DNA of 64,000 nucleotides from Hemiscyllium ocellatum. Its lineage: Eukaryota. The stretch's first letter is position 1. Each line of letters starts with the position of its first letter. Where the stretch lies: contig NW_026867501.1 in NCBI RefSeq assembly GCF_020745735.1, forward strand, positions 248,001 to 312,000, written 5' to 3'. The position numbers and the translations under genes were made by a program. The notes below the pieces were generated by a model. That model was not told where the DNA came from and ran no database searches. It saw only the letters and a program-made list of their open reading frames with translations. This document shows, piece after piece, positions 13,164-26,154 of the stretch.

Positions 13164-15299
13164 TTTTTTCAGAGATCACTATGAAAATGAACAAAACTGG
13201 CCGAAGCTAAAATTGTTCTCGTCAACAGTTGGGAAATGTTTCAGTTATTTCCGGATTGTTTCTCATTGGTTCATTGTTGGCAAAGATACCAGATGACAGC
13301 CAATGGACTTCAAGTTCATTTATCCTTGAACCAAACACTTTCAATATCCTACGAACCCCACTTCACACCATGACTTTTGTAAGAAAGGAACAAAATTCTG
13401 AAAATGGGTCAGTGGACTTGAAATTTTTGACGTTTTTTTTCTTCACAGATATTGTCAAAACTGCTGAGTTTCTCCGGATATTTTCGTTTCTGTCTCACGT
13501 TTCCAGCAAGTGCAATTATCTGCTTTTGGTTTAAATAACAAAGTGAATTTGATCAAGTGACAAAATGATAATATTTAAACGATATGTTGTTCTTTAAATT
13601 TTATTATTTCTGTAGGCAAAACCAGTGATGGAAAGTACTTCATGTTGTTCCAGTATCAGAACTGGAGTTTCCCAGTGAACAGAGTACCTCGCTGACTGCG
13701 AGAGTTTTCCTGGAACTGATGCAAAGGGCCTGTGTGTCTAAGAAAACAGTCAGAAAAACAAATAAAGAAATAAATGAATGAACAAGTAAGATTTCAATAA
13801 ATGTGAAAGTAGAAACGAATTTTTCTTCGACTGCAATTGCTGGTAAGTGCCATTAGGAGGCATAGGGACTCACTGGGTCGCAATGCTGCTTCCCTGCGCT
13901 CGAGATGCAAGTAAAATTTCACCTTCCTGCGACCACCTGCGTCGAGTTTGCACATTCTTACGATGCAGTGGGTGTTCTGATACTCGCCCACAGTTCAGTG
14001 ATGTGCAGGCTAGGATGAATGACCGTGGGAAACTTGTGTTTACAGAAATAGAATGGATGTTTTCTGGAATGTAATTGCAATCTACATTCAATTAAACTGA
14101 ATGGCCTGCTTCTAGATTCGCGGGATTCAATGGTATCAAAAACTGTCTTGCTTTAACTTAACCTTGCATCATTGCCAATGTACATCATGCATTTATATCA
14201 GATGCAGTGTGCCAAAATGATCGCCCACCAACACATTGTCATGCAATATTAGAGATGAATATCGCCTTTGCCAGCAGCGCCCATGTAAGGACAATGGATA
14301 TTTCAAGGAAAAAATTGCACTGTTGTAAAATCTCCCTTTCTTTAATGGGAATGGTGAGAAAGCAGCGATACATGTCAACACACCATCCAACCAATGACTG
14401 AAGTGAATGTACTGCTGACAAGTTTACAGATGATGCAAAATTAAATGAAAAGTCAATTGGTGAGCGTGACTCCAAGTGCCTGCAAGCGAACAATGACAGA
14501 GACTGCATCAGAGAGTGTGATTATAACGCCTTCTGCGGGTTCTGTCGGAAATTTGCACTGCCAGGAAATGAACGATTTATGGATGGGGCAATACCAAATG
14601 ATGAATTTTCAGGGAAGCATTCTTGAGATGGTTAGATTAAATAACTATTGAAGTTCAAAGAAAGGCGACTATACGACCTTTATGTTTCATTCAGTTGTAA
14701 TTTAACCTGATCTTTTCTCACCATTCTCTCATGCAAAAGTCTTCTTGCTGAATTTCCCTGCTTTGTCTTTTCTCCTTCAATGTTTCTGGCTTGAAATTAT
14801 TATGGTCCTTCACCTCCGTCCACCTATCCAATTGTCTTCACTTCTGACCATCTTTAACTTTTGTAAGTCGATATTTTCTGTTGTAATTTCCTCTCATTTC
14901 CCTTCATTCGGATTTTTGGACCCCACAGTAACACAGATATTTCAAATCAGCACAGCGGAATACTCGAGACGTCTGTGTAATCTTATATAACCTTCTTCAG
15001 TATCAACCCTCCCCTCTGGTGACATCCACAGACTTATTAACCATATCTTTTATATTCTCCACTAAATCATTTACATAAAGGACAAACCTAAAGGGATGCA
15101 GCAGCTGAAGATTGTGAGTGGTATGAAGCGGAACCTGAACAAAAGCACTATTTCAATGCATCTTCTTCACTTGTCCGTCTTGGTAGCAGATATCGTTAGT
15201 GTTTGAGATATTACGGTGGACGGGTGTTGAGTAACCACTGTGTATCTTGCGAATGGTGCATACTGCTGTCTATAGAATGTCACGACGAAAGTTGCAGGA

Positions 15300-15720
15300 G
15301 GAAGATGGGATGCCTGTGAATGAGAATGCTTTGCAATTGATGTCGTCGAGCATCTTAAATGGTTTTGAAAGCCTTGCACTTATTATTGCAGATGCAATAT
15401 TTATATAGTTATACAAGTATCAGAACGATGGTAATGCCTGAGGTTGCTGACTGTCGGAGATTCAACGATGGTAATGCCATTGAACCTCTAGATGCAACGT
15501 TTAGAATACTTGCTGTTGCAAATGGTCACTGCATGGAACTTGGCTGATGCGAATGTTACCTTCACTTATCAGTAGAAATTTGAGTGTTGTCCTGATCTTC
15601 CATGTCATCATGAAGGTGAACTGCGTCAATGACTGGGGAGTGGCAAATGATTCCGAGCCGTGTGAAATCATCATCAAATATACCAACTGCTGACATTATG
15701 ATGGAGGGAAGGCAATTGAT
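15300..15720 (-). mobile_element. Older fragment of the same LINE family as 9870-11290
   Basis: Shared motifs on the + strand, such as GATGGTAATGCCATTGAA and GAATGTTACCTTCACTT. Boundaries are approximate. Confidence 0.55.
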
Positions 15721-16249
15721 TAAGCACGTGAAGATTGTTGGATGACACAATATGGCTGTTTCTCTTCTTATTTTTCACTGCAGAAGCTGGATTCGTGCAC
15801 GCTGCACTATGTCTGATTGCATTATGTCTGAGTGGAATGTTCCACAGAATACTGAATATAATGAAATACTGTCGAAAGTTTAAAGGAAGGACACAGAGTG
15901 GAAAGATTTTTTTTATCAAAGAGATTGGTTATGAGAACCATCCTTATTTCGGCAGAGTGGAAAGAGTCGTCGAGGGAGGGACTTCCAGAGATTAGATCCA
16001 CGACAGCTATAGGTTGAAGTGACAGCTATGACCTGCTGCAGGGATGAACATGAGGACAGAATTGGAGGTACGTTGTGATAGTAGATGGTTTTAGAATTTC
16101 AAATTGATGCAACTTGAAACATTGTTCTACTTACAAATATGAAAGTGAAATCTATCAAAGTGAGACATTGCCAGGCGGGAAGCCAATGTCAGATAATGTG
16201 CCTGGGAAAAGGGATGAACTGGATACTGCACACTTACCTGGAACACAAA

Positions 16250-16530
16250 TTCGAATCCACCCTTGTCTGTGTGGAGTTTACACATTTTCCCTGCGTCTGC
16301 ATTGGTATTTGCTGCGTGGTCAGAATTCCTCCCACAATACAAAAATGTACAGGTTAGATGGGTTGACGATGCTAGATGGCATCATGTTTAGCAGGGGATA
16401 TGCAGATTTGGTGAGTTAACTGTGATAAATACGGGCCTACCAGGACACGGTGGGTGTGGATGGATGCTCTTTGGAGGTTCGTTAAATACTTAATACGCCT
16501 ATCAGCCTCTTCCCACACAGTAGGGATTCT
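16250..16530 (+). mobile_element. Degraded tRNA-derived SINE body (HE1-like)
   Basis: TGTGTGGAGTTTACACATTTTCCCTGCGTCTGC...TCCTCCCACAATACAAAAATGTACAGGTTAG resembles the SINEs at 29.9-30.2 kb and 54.9 kb. Confidence 0.6.
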
Positions 16531-16751
16531 ATACTTCTATCATGTTTGTAAGGACAAGCAGATATGAGCAGAGAGCAGAAATTGCATTTACAAATGACTT
16601 ATCCACGAGTGACTCCATGTATTTTAAAAAAGTCATTGCCAGAAAGTGACTAAGGATGTTTTAATATGATATCAATAACAGTCTGGATGAGACAAAAGCT
16701 GTCATTTAAAATTAGAGCAGTATCATCTGGCTCTTTTGACCTCTTCCATCC

Positions 16752-17530
16752 AGCTTGATGGCAATCATAATGCTATCCCGAGGTCAGTGTAGACCCTCGC
16801 ATTGCATTACCTACGATCTCATAGCGATAGTTATCGCTGCTTTCCTTGTTATTATCACTGGATGCATTCTGAATAGAATCTCCGGCATTTACTATAGATA
16901 CACTATCCTGTCTAATACACTAGTGAGTGTGTGTTTAGTGCAGTGGTGGTTTACATCAACCGAAATGGATAAGTCTGGCTTGCAGTAACCTCCACGATTC
17001 AATGTTTTGTGGTCATCTCCTGCCAGAGCCTGAGCAGCAAAAACTGCACCGACAAAACTGCTTTGCGCCTCATGGGAGGGATCTGCTCCTTGTTCTGCAT
17101 CAAGAACGCACCATTTTACTTTGTCTCACATCCCTTGCTTATACTGGAAGGGATGCTTTCTCTCTATGTCATCAAGACAAGCTTCTACACCTCGCTTGCT
17201 TGGCAGATCTACCGATACCATGACCATATATATCTTAACTCCCGTTCATTATCGTTCTACTGCTCACCGCCCTTACCGTTAGCATCATCATAGAGGCCAA
17301 AGGGCAGACAAAAGGTTCTGAAGCTCTGCATAGTGAAGACAACGAGATGATCAAGCACAATTGTTCCATTGTTCTTCTGTTCCCAATGTCTAACAGCTTT
17401 GTATTCCTGTGGAGCTTTTATGTCAGACGATTCCTCTACACTTAGGTTCGAAGACAGGACTGCCTTGGTAGTCTGGATTTGGGATGTTTGCCGGCATATT
17501 CTGTTCTATTCGAACAAAATAGAACGTGTC
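16752..17530 (+). pseudogene. Degraded GPR139/GPR142-like GPCR, main coding exon
   Basis: MAIIMLSRGQCRPSHCITYDLIA (the ILSRGKCGLSKCIT motif), VISCQSLSSKNCTDKTA...CIKNAPFYF...KTSFYTSLAW, and later SIVLLFPMSNSFVFLW. Frameshifted. Confidence 0.75.
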
Positions 17531-17569
17531 TTCAACTACAGATCTGCAAATATAAATTCACCCCATATA

Positions 17570-18310
17570 CATACAAGCGTGTGTTCGTGCATGTGTATGA
17601 GATCTACCTGTGAGAGTGTCTGCGTGTGTGCTTGATAGTGTGTGGGCGAGTTTATTGGAGTGTTTGCCTGTGAGATGATGCACGTTTGAATGTGCATGTG
17701 TAGATGCATGTGTTTGTGTGTGTCTGAGAGACTGCATGTGCCTGAGAGAGATCATGTTCGTAAGAGAGGGTCTGTGTGAGTGTGCAAGTGTGCGTATAAG
17801 GGCGTACAGTGTAGTGGCGTCCCTTGGAGTACGACATGAACCCAACATCCCGGTTCAGGTCGTTCTCATTGATACTGAATTCAGTGATCAGCCTCTGCTG
17901 GACTATTCTGTGTTGTTACACATCCACATTCTGTCTTGGAGGATGGTCACGTGAAGATCCAAAGCAGAATATACTTCACGGGTGAAGTATTCTCCAACTG
18001 AGAGGCAGCATCCCTGTTTGGCGATTGCTGCACAGTGTTCATTTATTGGTTGTCTTAGCATCCGTGTGGCCTCGCCATTATACTATCATGAGAGCAACCT
18101 AGCCTGCAACATATGAGAGCGACGATGTTGGCCAAATCACATGAGTAACTGCCACGTATTTGATGGGTGGTGGCCAACGTGTAATTGTACTATCCAAGTC
18201 GATGCTCTGACACGTCTTGCAATGGTGTGCTTTGGTGTTGTGTTCAATGTCATCCTGGACGCTTGGCATTTTGTTGCGATCAATGGTTTGTTTATACAAA
18301 TCTGTGATGA
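17570..18310 (-). mobile_element. Penelope-like element 3' end (GIY-YIG region plus CA-rich tail), inverted copy
   Basis: Minus strand reads KQTIDRNKMPSVQ...HCKTCQSIDLDSTITR. It is homologous in inverse orientation to 18310-19050. The TG-rich low-complexity tail is at 17570-17810. Confidence 0.7.
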
Positions 18311-19050
18311 CAACCACTGCAACATGTGTCAGAATGTCACAATGGATACTATCATCACAAGTGCGGACACCACCCACCTGGTGTGCGGCAGATATTCATG
18401 CGACTCAGCCAAAATTGTCTACCTCAAATGTTGCAAGCTGGGATCCCTGTGGCATCATATATTGGTGAGACCACGCGGGTGCTAAGAGAATGGGTGAATG
18501 GAACCACACAACCATTTCCAGATGGGGAGCTCCCTTCCAGGCGTGGAGCACTTCGGGGTCAAGGAGGATCTCCCTCGGATCTTCAAGTGACCATGCATCA
18601 TGGAGGAGTTTGGGTCACGGAAAAATGCAGGGTTGTCGAGAAGACGCTGATAGCCAATTTCGGTATTAATGAGGACATCCTCAAAAGGGATCGTGGATCA
18701 TGTCACACCACAGGGTACTCCCCTACATTGTGCACCCTGAAACAGACACTCACACACAAGCAAATCAGCATATACATACATTCGGACACAGGATCACACT
18801 CGAACAATCACACAGATCCTCCCTCACACACGCGCTCTCTGAATTACACTCGCACACACATTCACACTCAAACATATGTGCGCATCTTCTCACAGGCATA
18901 TACTCTGTCACCAACACGCACACACTGCATCCAGAGCGCACACGCATACACACACACACACTTACACACACACACACACACACTTTCTCCCTCTCCCACA
19001 CACACATGTTTTCTGTCTCTCTCTCCCTCACACCCTTGCACACGCACATG
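18310..19050 (+). mobile_element. Penelope-like element 3' end (GIY-YIG endonuclease plus CA-rich tail)
   Basis: CNMCQ...DTIITSADTTHLVCGRYSCDSAKIVYL and SYIGETTRVLREWVNG (GIY-YIG motifs), followed by a (CA)-rich tail at 18740-19050. Confidence 0.8.
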
Positions 19051-20785
19051 TAAGTCTATGGGTTGAAATTATATTTGCAGATTTGTCTTTGCAAGTTTAT
19101 TCTATTTTGTTCAAAAATACACAATCTGTAGGCAATCAGTTCATGTGGTATTTGAAAGTTGCTACTTTGGAAATCAATGTAGTCGGACTTCAGCTTGGGA
19201 TACAGACAGACACTAACCGCACACATTTAATGTCTAAGTAGAGGTGTCACTTTTTTCTAATAAAACCTTAATTTATATCGGGACAGTGACGTGAAAGCAG
19301 TTCTGGATATACATATCAATATTCGAAACCTGTATCCTCATTGTTAGTGATTAAAGATTAACAGCAATCTGATTTTGTTCAATCCATCGCATCAGTCGTT
19401 TGACAGTTTGATCTTTTATTGTAAATGCTGTGTTCTATGATCCTGCCACACTAGCTGACAAAGGAGCAGCTCACCAAAAGCTCGTCCTTCCGGATAAACT
19501 TGTTGGATTGCAACCTGCTGTTGTGCGATTTTTTGACATTACGATATAATTATTCTGACTGGACTCGACTGAAAAGCCTACCTGCAGCTTACGTGAATTA
19601 AGCTACCACTTAGTTTAATTATATTAATGAGTTTCCAAAAACTATGATTCACACAATCATTATTTGATTGTCACGCTCTGCATCACTCATTGTTGAGACA
19701 TACAACTATTAACAGTCGGCCATTCTTAAAATAACTCATTCCTTTTTACTGTTTGATTTCTTCTCATTACTTCATCACAGCACCTTAACATCAATCTCGT
19801 AAGACCTCATCAGTCTGGCATGTTATCAAAACTTTCTAATGTCCGAAATACATTGCACACACTGGTTGTCCCTTATTAGTGCTAAAATTAGCATCCACAA
19901 AACGAATTCCAATGGTTTTGCCAAATTCATTCCCTTTTATAACTTCATATTGAGTCATCTCAATCATATCATATTTCAAAATGTCTACTTATCGTTTCCT
20001 TCATTATATGACGTGGCTTTTATTCTTATAACCAACATTCAACATGTCTTTGGTGGCTGTTTTCTTATCCCACTCTTCTTAAATAGTTGGGTTGTTTTCC
20101 CTACTTTCTAAACCTAAGGAACCATTCCGAAATTTCTCGAATTTCCAAGGATAACCATCAGTGCAATCACTTTTTTCTCCCCACATCATTCAAGACTCTG
20201 GAATGGACTCCATTTGGTCGAGGGATTTATCCATCTTTATTACAAGAAGTTTTCTGTTCTCATTTGCTAAAAAGTTTTCATGCGCTGGTATCAGATACTA
20301 TGCTTCTCAAATGTCATCCATCATTGGTAAACCGAATTTCAAACTTTTCAGCTTTAAATATAGATAAATGTTAAGACAGAATAACAGTAGAATGCAAATC
20401 TTTAACTAATTTCACAACTAAAGAGACGAAACAATTGAGAAAATCGCAGAGAAGGCTGAGAGTTCCTTCAAATTACGCAAAAGACATAAGCTCATGTTTT
20501 GAAATCGGGAATCCATTTGATGGAGAAATTAAAATACTTGGAAGGGGGCTTAAATTTGCCGGTTGCTATTCTCAGTTTACGTGTGTGCAATTGTGTAACA
20601 TACAATTTACATAGAAAGCATGAAATAGTGAGTAATTAGGTTTTTCGCCAGACTGAAACAAAGGTACATGTTGAAACTTAATTAACACTCTCGAGATCCT
20701 GAAGCATTATAAATTAGAGACCTGTTGTTTGTGTCACAGAGCTCATGTGAGAAGTTTTGTGATTTCCATTAGTTTATAACAAGTG

Positions 20786-20854
20786 ATGCATGGCCCAGCA
20801 GTGGCCCTTTCTATGCCATTTACTATCCAGCTCTTGCTGCTATTGGTGTCCCTG
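20786..20854 (+). pseudogene. First coding exon of a GPR139-like GPCR, frameshifted
   Basis: ATG CAT GGC CCA... then YAIYYPALAAIGVP-G|GTAAGT. The exon is 69 nt where phase 1 needs 70, implying a 1-nt deletion. I found no matching second exon downstream. Confidence 0.65.
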
Positions 20855-21009
20855 GTAAGTTACAGATTCCAAATATATGTTTGTTAGTTGAAAGAAAATC
20901 TTTTGTATTAAATTTCAGGAATGACATTTTTTCTGATTCTTCACTACTGAAGGAATTGAGCGCAAGTCCTATACATGTGTCAAACATTGAGCTTTCCTCA
21001 ATTGCGTCC

Positions 21010-21022
21010 NNNNNNNNNNNNN
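21010..21022. other. Assembly gap (13 N)
   Basis: Run of n characters. Confidence 1.
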
Positions 21023-22109
21023 GTGTGGAGCCACAGAACATGGGGGAGATTCTAAATGTTTTTTGTCAGATTTACTGTGGTAAAGGATACGAAAGATATA
21101 GACGGTCGGGAAATAGATGATGAAAGCTTGCAAAAGATGTCTAGATTCCAGACAGGAAGTGCTGGATAAGGGTAAAGATGGATAAATCTCCAGGACCTGA
21201 TCAGGTATACTCAAGAACACTGTGGGAATCTAGAGAAGTGATTGCTGGTCATCTTGCTGAGATATTTATATCATCGATAGTCACAGGTGAGGTGCCAGAA
21301 ACTGGAGGTTGACAGACTTGGTGCCACTGTTTAAGAAGGATGGTAAAGACAAGCCAGGGATTTTTGACAGATGAGCCTGACCGCAGTGGTGGGCAAGTTG
21401 TTGGAGGGAATCCTGAGGGACAGGATGTACATGTACTTGGAAAGCAAGGACTGATTAGGAATAGTCAACATGGTCTTTTGCGTGGGAAATCATGTCTCGC
21501 AAACTTGATTGAGTTCTTTGAAGTATTAACAACGAGGATTGATGAGGGCAGATAAGTAGATTGAGCAATATGGACTTCAGTAAGGCGTTCGACAAGGTTC
21601 CCCATGGGAGACTGATTATCGAGGTTAGGTCTCAAGGAATAAAGGGGAACTAGCCATTTGGATCCGACACTGGCTAAAAGGTAGACGACAGAAGGGGTGG
21701 TGGAGGTTGTTTTTCAGTCTGGAGGCCTGTGACCAGTGGAGTGCCACAAGGATCAGTGCTGGGTCCTCTACTTTTTGTCATTTCCATACATGATTTGGAT
21801 GCGAGCATAAGAGGTACAATTAGTAAGTTTGCAGATGACACCAAAATTGGAGATGTAGTGGACAGCGAAGAGGGTTACCTCAGATTACAACAGGATCTGA
21901 ACCATATGGGCCAATGGGCTGAGAAGTGACAGGTGGAGTTTAATTCAGATAAGTGTGAGGTGCTGCATTTTTGGAAAGCAAATCTTAGCAGGACTTATAC
22001 ACTTAATGGTAAGTTCATAGGTAGCGTTGCGGAACAAAGAGACCTTGCAGTGGAGGTTCATAGCTCCTTGAAAGTGGAGTCGCAGGTAGATAGGATAGTG
22101 AAGAAGGTG
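21023..22109 (+). mobile_element. CR1 LINE ORF2 (RT) fragment
   Basis: SQHGLLRGKSCLANLIEFFE, SGVPQGSVLGPLLF...KFADDTKIG and EFNSDKCEVLHF are CR1 RT motifs. Truncated at both ends. Confidence 0.93.
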
Positions 22110-22845
22110 ATAACCTTTTCCTCCGCTACATCGATGACTGCATTGGCGCTGCCTCGTGCTCCCACAAGGAGGTTGAACAGGTCATCTACTTTACCAACTC
22201 CTTCCACCCCGACCTCAAATTTACCCGGACCATCTCAGACTCCTCCCTCCCCTTCCTCGACCTCTCCATTTCTATCTCGGGCGACCGAATCAACATGGAC
22301 ATTTGATATAAACCAACTGACTCCTACAGCTACCTAGACTACACCTCCTCCCACCCTGCCTCCTGTAAAAACGCCATCACATTTTCCCAATTCCTTCGTC
22401 TCCGCCGCAACTGCTCCCAGGAAGACCAGTTCCAATACCGTAAAAACCAGATGGCCTCCTTCTTCAAAGACTGCAATTTCCCCCCAGACGTGATTGACGA
22501 TGCCCTCCATCGCATCTCCTCCACTTCCATCTCCTCTACCCTTGAGCCCCGCCCCTCCAATCGCCACCAGGACAGAACTCCACTGGTCATCACCAACCTC
22601 CATATGCATCGTATCATCCGTCGTCATTTCCGCCACCTCCAAACGGACCCCACCACCAGGGATATATTTCCCTCCCCTCCCCTATCAGCGTTCCAAAAAG
22701 ACCACTCCCTCCATGACTCCCTCGTCAGGTCCACACCCCCCACCAACCCAACCTCCACTCATTGCACCTTCCCCTGCAACCACAAGAAATGAAAAACCTG
22801 TGCCCACACATCCCCCCCCTTACTTCCCTCCAAGGCTCCAAGGAT
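22110..22845 (+). mobile_element. Penelope-like element fragment (RT C-terminal half to start of GIY-YIG)
   Basis: FLRYIDDCIGAASCSH, PFLDLSISISG, YKPTDSYSYLDYTSSHP, and ORF 22451-22792 ending TFPCNHKK. Confidence 0.88.
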
Positions 22846-22849
22846 AGTT

Positions 22850-25800
22850 AAATTTTCCCATACGTGTCGTACATGCCAAATGGTAGGTAATAAAACCAGA
22901 ACCTTTGTTGCCAATTTCAACATTTTAAAAACTTTTCACATAGATTATAATTCATTGTGTAGGTCCCCTCCCGAGAACTAAATGTGGGAACCAGTACTGG
23001 TTCTGCATAGTGGATGTGTCTACCAGATTTCTAGAGGCAATTCCATCCCGGATTTTCAAGGAAATAAAATGTGGTAGAGGAGTTGGTAGTTTTCTTGACA
23101 AGGTATGGGCTATCCAGAGGAGATTCAGTCGGACCAAGGATCTAGTTTTAACTGCTCACCTTTTTAAGAATGGCATGGATGGCTTCGGTATACATCACTT
23201 TAAATCCAGTGCATATCAACCTGAATCGTAGGGAGCTTTAGAAAGGTGATATCAGACCTTGAAGACCATTTAAAGAGCATACTGTGAGGATTACCAGTAT
23301 GATTGGGATAAAGGTATCCCATTCGTATTGTTTGCCATTACAGATATGCCAAACCAATCTACTCAGTTCACTCCCTCTGAGTTAATGTTCGGTCATGAAG
23401 TGAGAGGCCCTTTGAAATTAATTAAGGAAACAATTGACAGGTCCAAAGTCTGAGATCTCACAATTAGATTATGCAACGGAGGTGAGGGAGAGTTTAAATC
23501 GAGTAGGTAGATTAGTTTAACAGCACCTAAGATGGCACAGTGTACAATGAAGCACGTGGCAGATTAAAGCTTTGACAGTCGGAAGTTTTCCCAAGGGGAT
23601 AATGTGTCAGTACTGTTACCAATGGTGGCAGATCCTTTCAAAGCCAGGTTTAGTCGTCCTTATCAAATTGAGAAAAAGTTGAGTCAGGTGAACTATTTAG
23701 TGAAGATGCCAGATAGGAAAAAAAGCTATCAGGTATGCCTTACGAAAAGTTGAAATAGTATTACATGACAGAGAGTGAACTGGAGAAACAGGTGTTAGTT
23801 ACTGCCCCGCGGAGTGAGAAATCCAATTCAGACGACATGGATTTTGAGGTGACTCAAAACACTTTTAAAAATGACGAAGTCCTTGAGGAGTGGGATAGAT
23901 TAGTTATCTCTCTGTCTCAAGAGCATAGAACGGATTTGAAAGATCACCACTACACTATAAGGATATGTGTAAGAATCAGATGGGGAGGAAAAATGCTACT
24001 GTACATAAAGCTGACGTAGGGAATACTACTCCAATACAACAACATCCCTAACGTCTTAATCTCTCAGAGCCAGACAGCTCCAGTGGAGGTGGAGGCCATA
24101 CTCGACGAGAACACCTTCGAACCAAGCCAGAGCGAGTGAAGTTTGCTGATCATCTTAGTTCCCAAACCGGATGGGACTCAAAGATTCTGCGTGGATTATC
24201 GGAAGTTCATTGCTGTTACAAAATCGGATTCATATCCAATTCCTAGATTGCTGGACTTTAACGAGAAATTTTGACAAGCCAGTTACATCACACAGTTGGA
24301 CTTAATGCCTGGTTACTGGCAAGTATATTTATCAGAGTTGGCTGAAGAAATTTCTTCTTTTGTCAAACCAAAATCAGTTTAAAGTGATGCTCTTTCGAAT
24401 GAAGAACGCACCCGCCACATTCCAAAGACCCATGAAATGTTGTGGCTGGGTTAACAAACTGTGCAGTCGATTTGGACGATGTGGTGAACTGGAACCATTA
24501 TATGGTACAGTTGGCAGAGATCTTTGAACAACTACCAGAAACAAACCTGGTGAATAACCTAAATAAAACGGAATATGCAAAAACGGAGGTGACGTTCTTG
24601 GGACATAACATTAGTAATGGAAGACTGACCCCCCTCCCCCCCACCCCCCCCCCCACCCCCGCGGAACGCAGCAAGAAAGCTATCGAGGAATTTTCACTAC
24701 CACACTTGAAGAAAGAGGCACTTCGATTCTTCGGACTCAGCAGATACTATCGGAAGTTTGTTCCAAACTTTAGCAGTATAATGGCACTGTTAAACCATTT
24801 GCTGAAAAAGAACACATAGTTTCGGTGGACAGAACCATGCCAGAAGACATTTGAACATTTCAAATTGATATTAACCACCAAACCAGTTTTAGCTCGACCA
24901 CACTGTTCAAACCAAAGTCGCCATTGATGCTAGTGACAGTGGAGTTGGAGCTGTCCTCCAACAGGAAAATGAGGACGGGATTGATTCATTTTAGAAGAAG
25001 ATCAACATCCGCCAGAGGAAATGCTCCAAAATAGAAAATGAACTTTTGAATACGGTACTGTCCTTACAGTATTTTAATGTGTATGTCACGAGCAATGTGT
25101 CGGAGACGATTGACCACAAACCGATTACTTTCTTAGAACGTTTTGAAGATAAGAATATGATCTCATTGGAGTCTTATGTTACAGACTTTTAATTTTAAAA
25201 TCGTAGATGTCACGTCAGAAGAATATAATTATGGACATTTAATCGCGGATTGAACAGATAGAGTTTAGATTAGATTTATCTTTGTTCAATGTTTTGTGTA
25301 CGTGTATAGGTATAGGGAACAAATTAAGGTATCATTATATGAATGTTATCGGTATGTTAGGGTAATGTATTTTAAAGGTACAAAGCTGAAACCGTCTTTT
25401 TATTTTGATGGTTCATTTTATTCTTAAGGGAAGAGGTGTTATGAAGATGTGGGTGTACTTTAAGATAGTTAAAAGCAGCAGAATTATCGATATAAGACCA
25501 AGTCTCCTCAATGAGGCACCAATGTATGTAACACTTAGTAAACCGACTTGATTAGCTCCTTGCCTGGAGACAAAAATAAACTCGAATTTGGTCAATCAGG
25601 TTAAATTATACTCCGCAAAAAAGCCAATTTCCAATCAAATTTGAATTTGGTATATTGACGATCTTAAAGACCAATGACACAACCCAATACTCTGAGGAAT
25701 ATGACCATAGGAAAATTGAAGAGTTGTGAGGACAATTGCCAAGTCCTAGCATGTAACAGACTGCGTGAAAAAGTAAAAGCCTTAAAATTACCTTTTCGAT

Positions 25801-26154
25801 TAGTAACCTTTGACGCAGAAATTCCTAACAAGGAATAAAGAAGATACAGGAAGGCTCATAAACAAGAACCTACAGCTGCCTGGTTTTGAGATAAGAAGTG
25901 CTGTTTTGCAAGTTAGAGTTGGGAGTTTTATTGGACTAATATTATAGAACGGAAAGTAAACGATAGGTCAGAGAAGGAAATTGTAAATAGTGGCTGGTTA
26001 ATTGTTCTCTGTTATTCTTTAAGAAATAAACCTGTTAATTTTAACTTTAAACAGTTCTTGGCCACTCGATAGTTTACAGATTACTACACGGGATAAATCT
26101 TTTCTGTGTCGTTGGCTTTAAATTAAGCAGGAGCGTTTACCCCAAGCCGTAACA
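22850..26154 (+). mobile_element. Gmr1-type Ty3/gypsy LTR retrotransposon, 5'-truncated: integrase, then RT, RNase H and 3' LTR
   Basis: CRTCQMVG zinc-finger end (~22866). Integrase core CVGPLPRTK..DVSTRFLEAIP..EIQSDQGS (22955-23300). RT LVPKPDGTQRFCVDYRK (~24150) and LDDVV (~24470). RNase H IDASDSGVGAVL (~24920). Many stops and frameshifts. Confidence 0.85.
25437..26154 (+). repeat. 3' LTR of the Gmr1-type element
   Basis: Polypurine tract AAGGGAAGAGG immediately precedes TGTTATG. The LTR ends CGTAACA (near-inverted termini, TG...CA). Confidence 0.7.

Noticed and set aside
18326-19066. Longest ORF in the track (246 aa)
   Set aside because: Off-frame read of a Penelope fragment running into a CA-rich low-complexity tail; not a gene.
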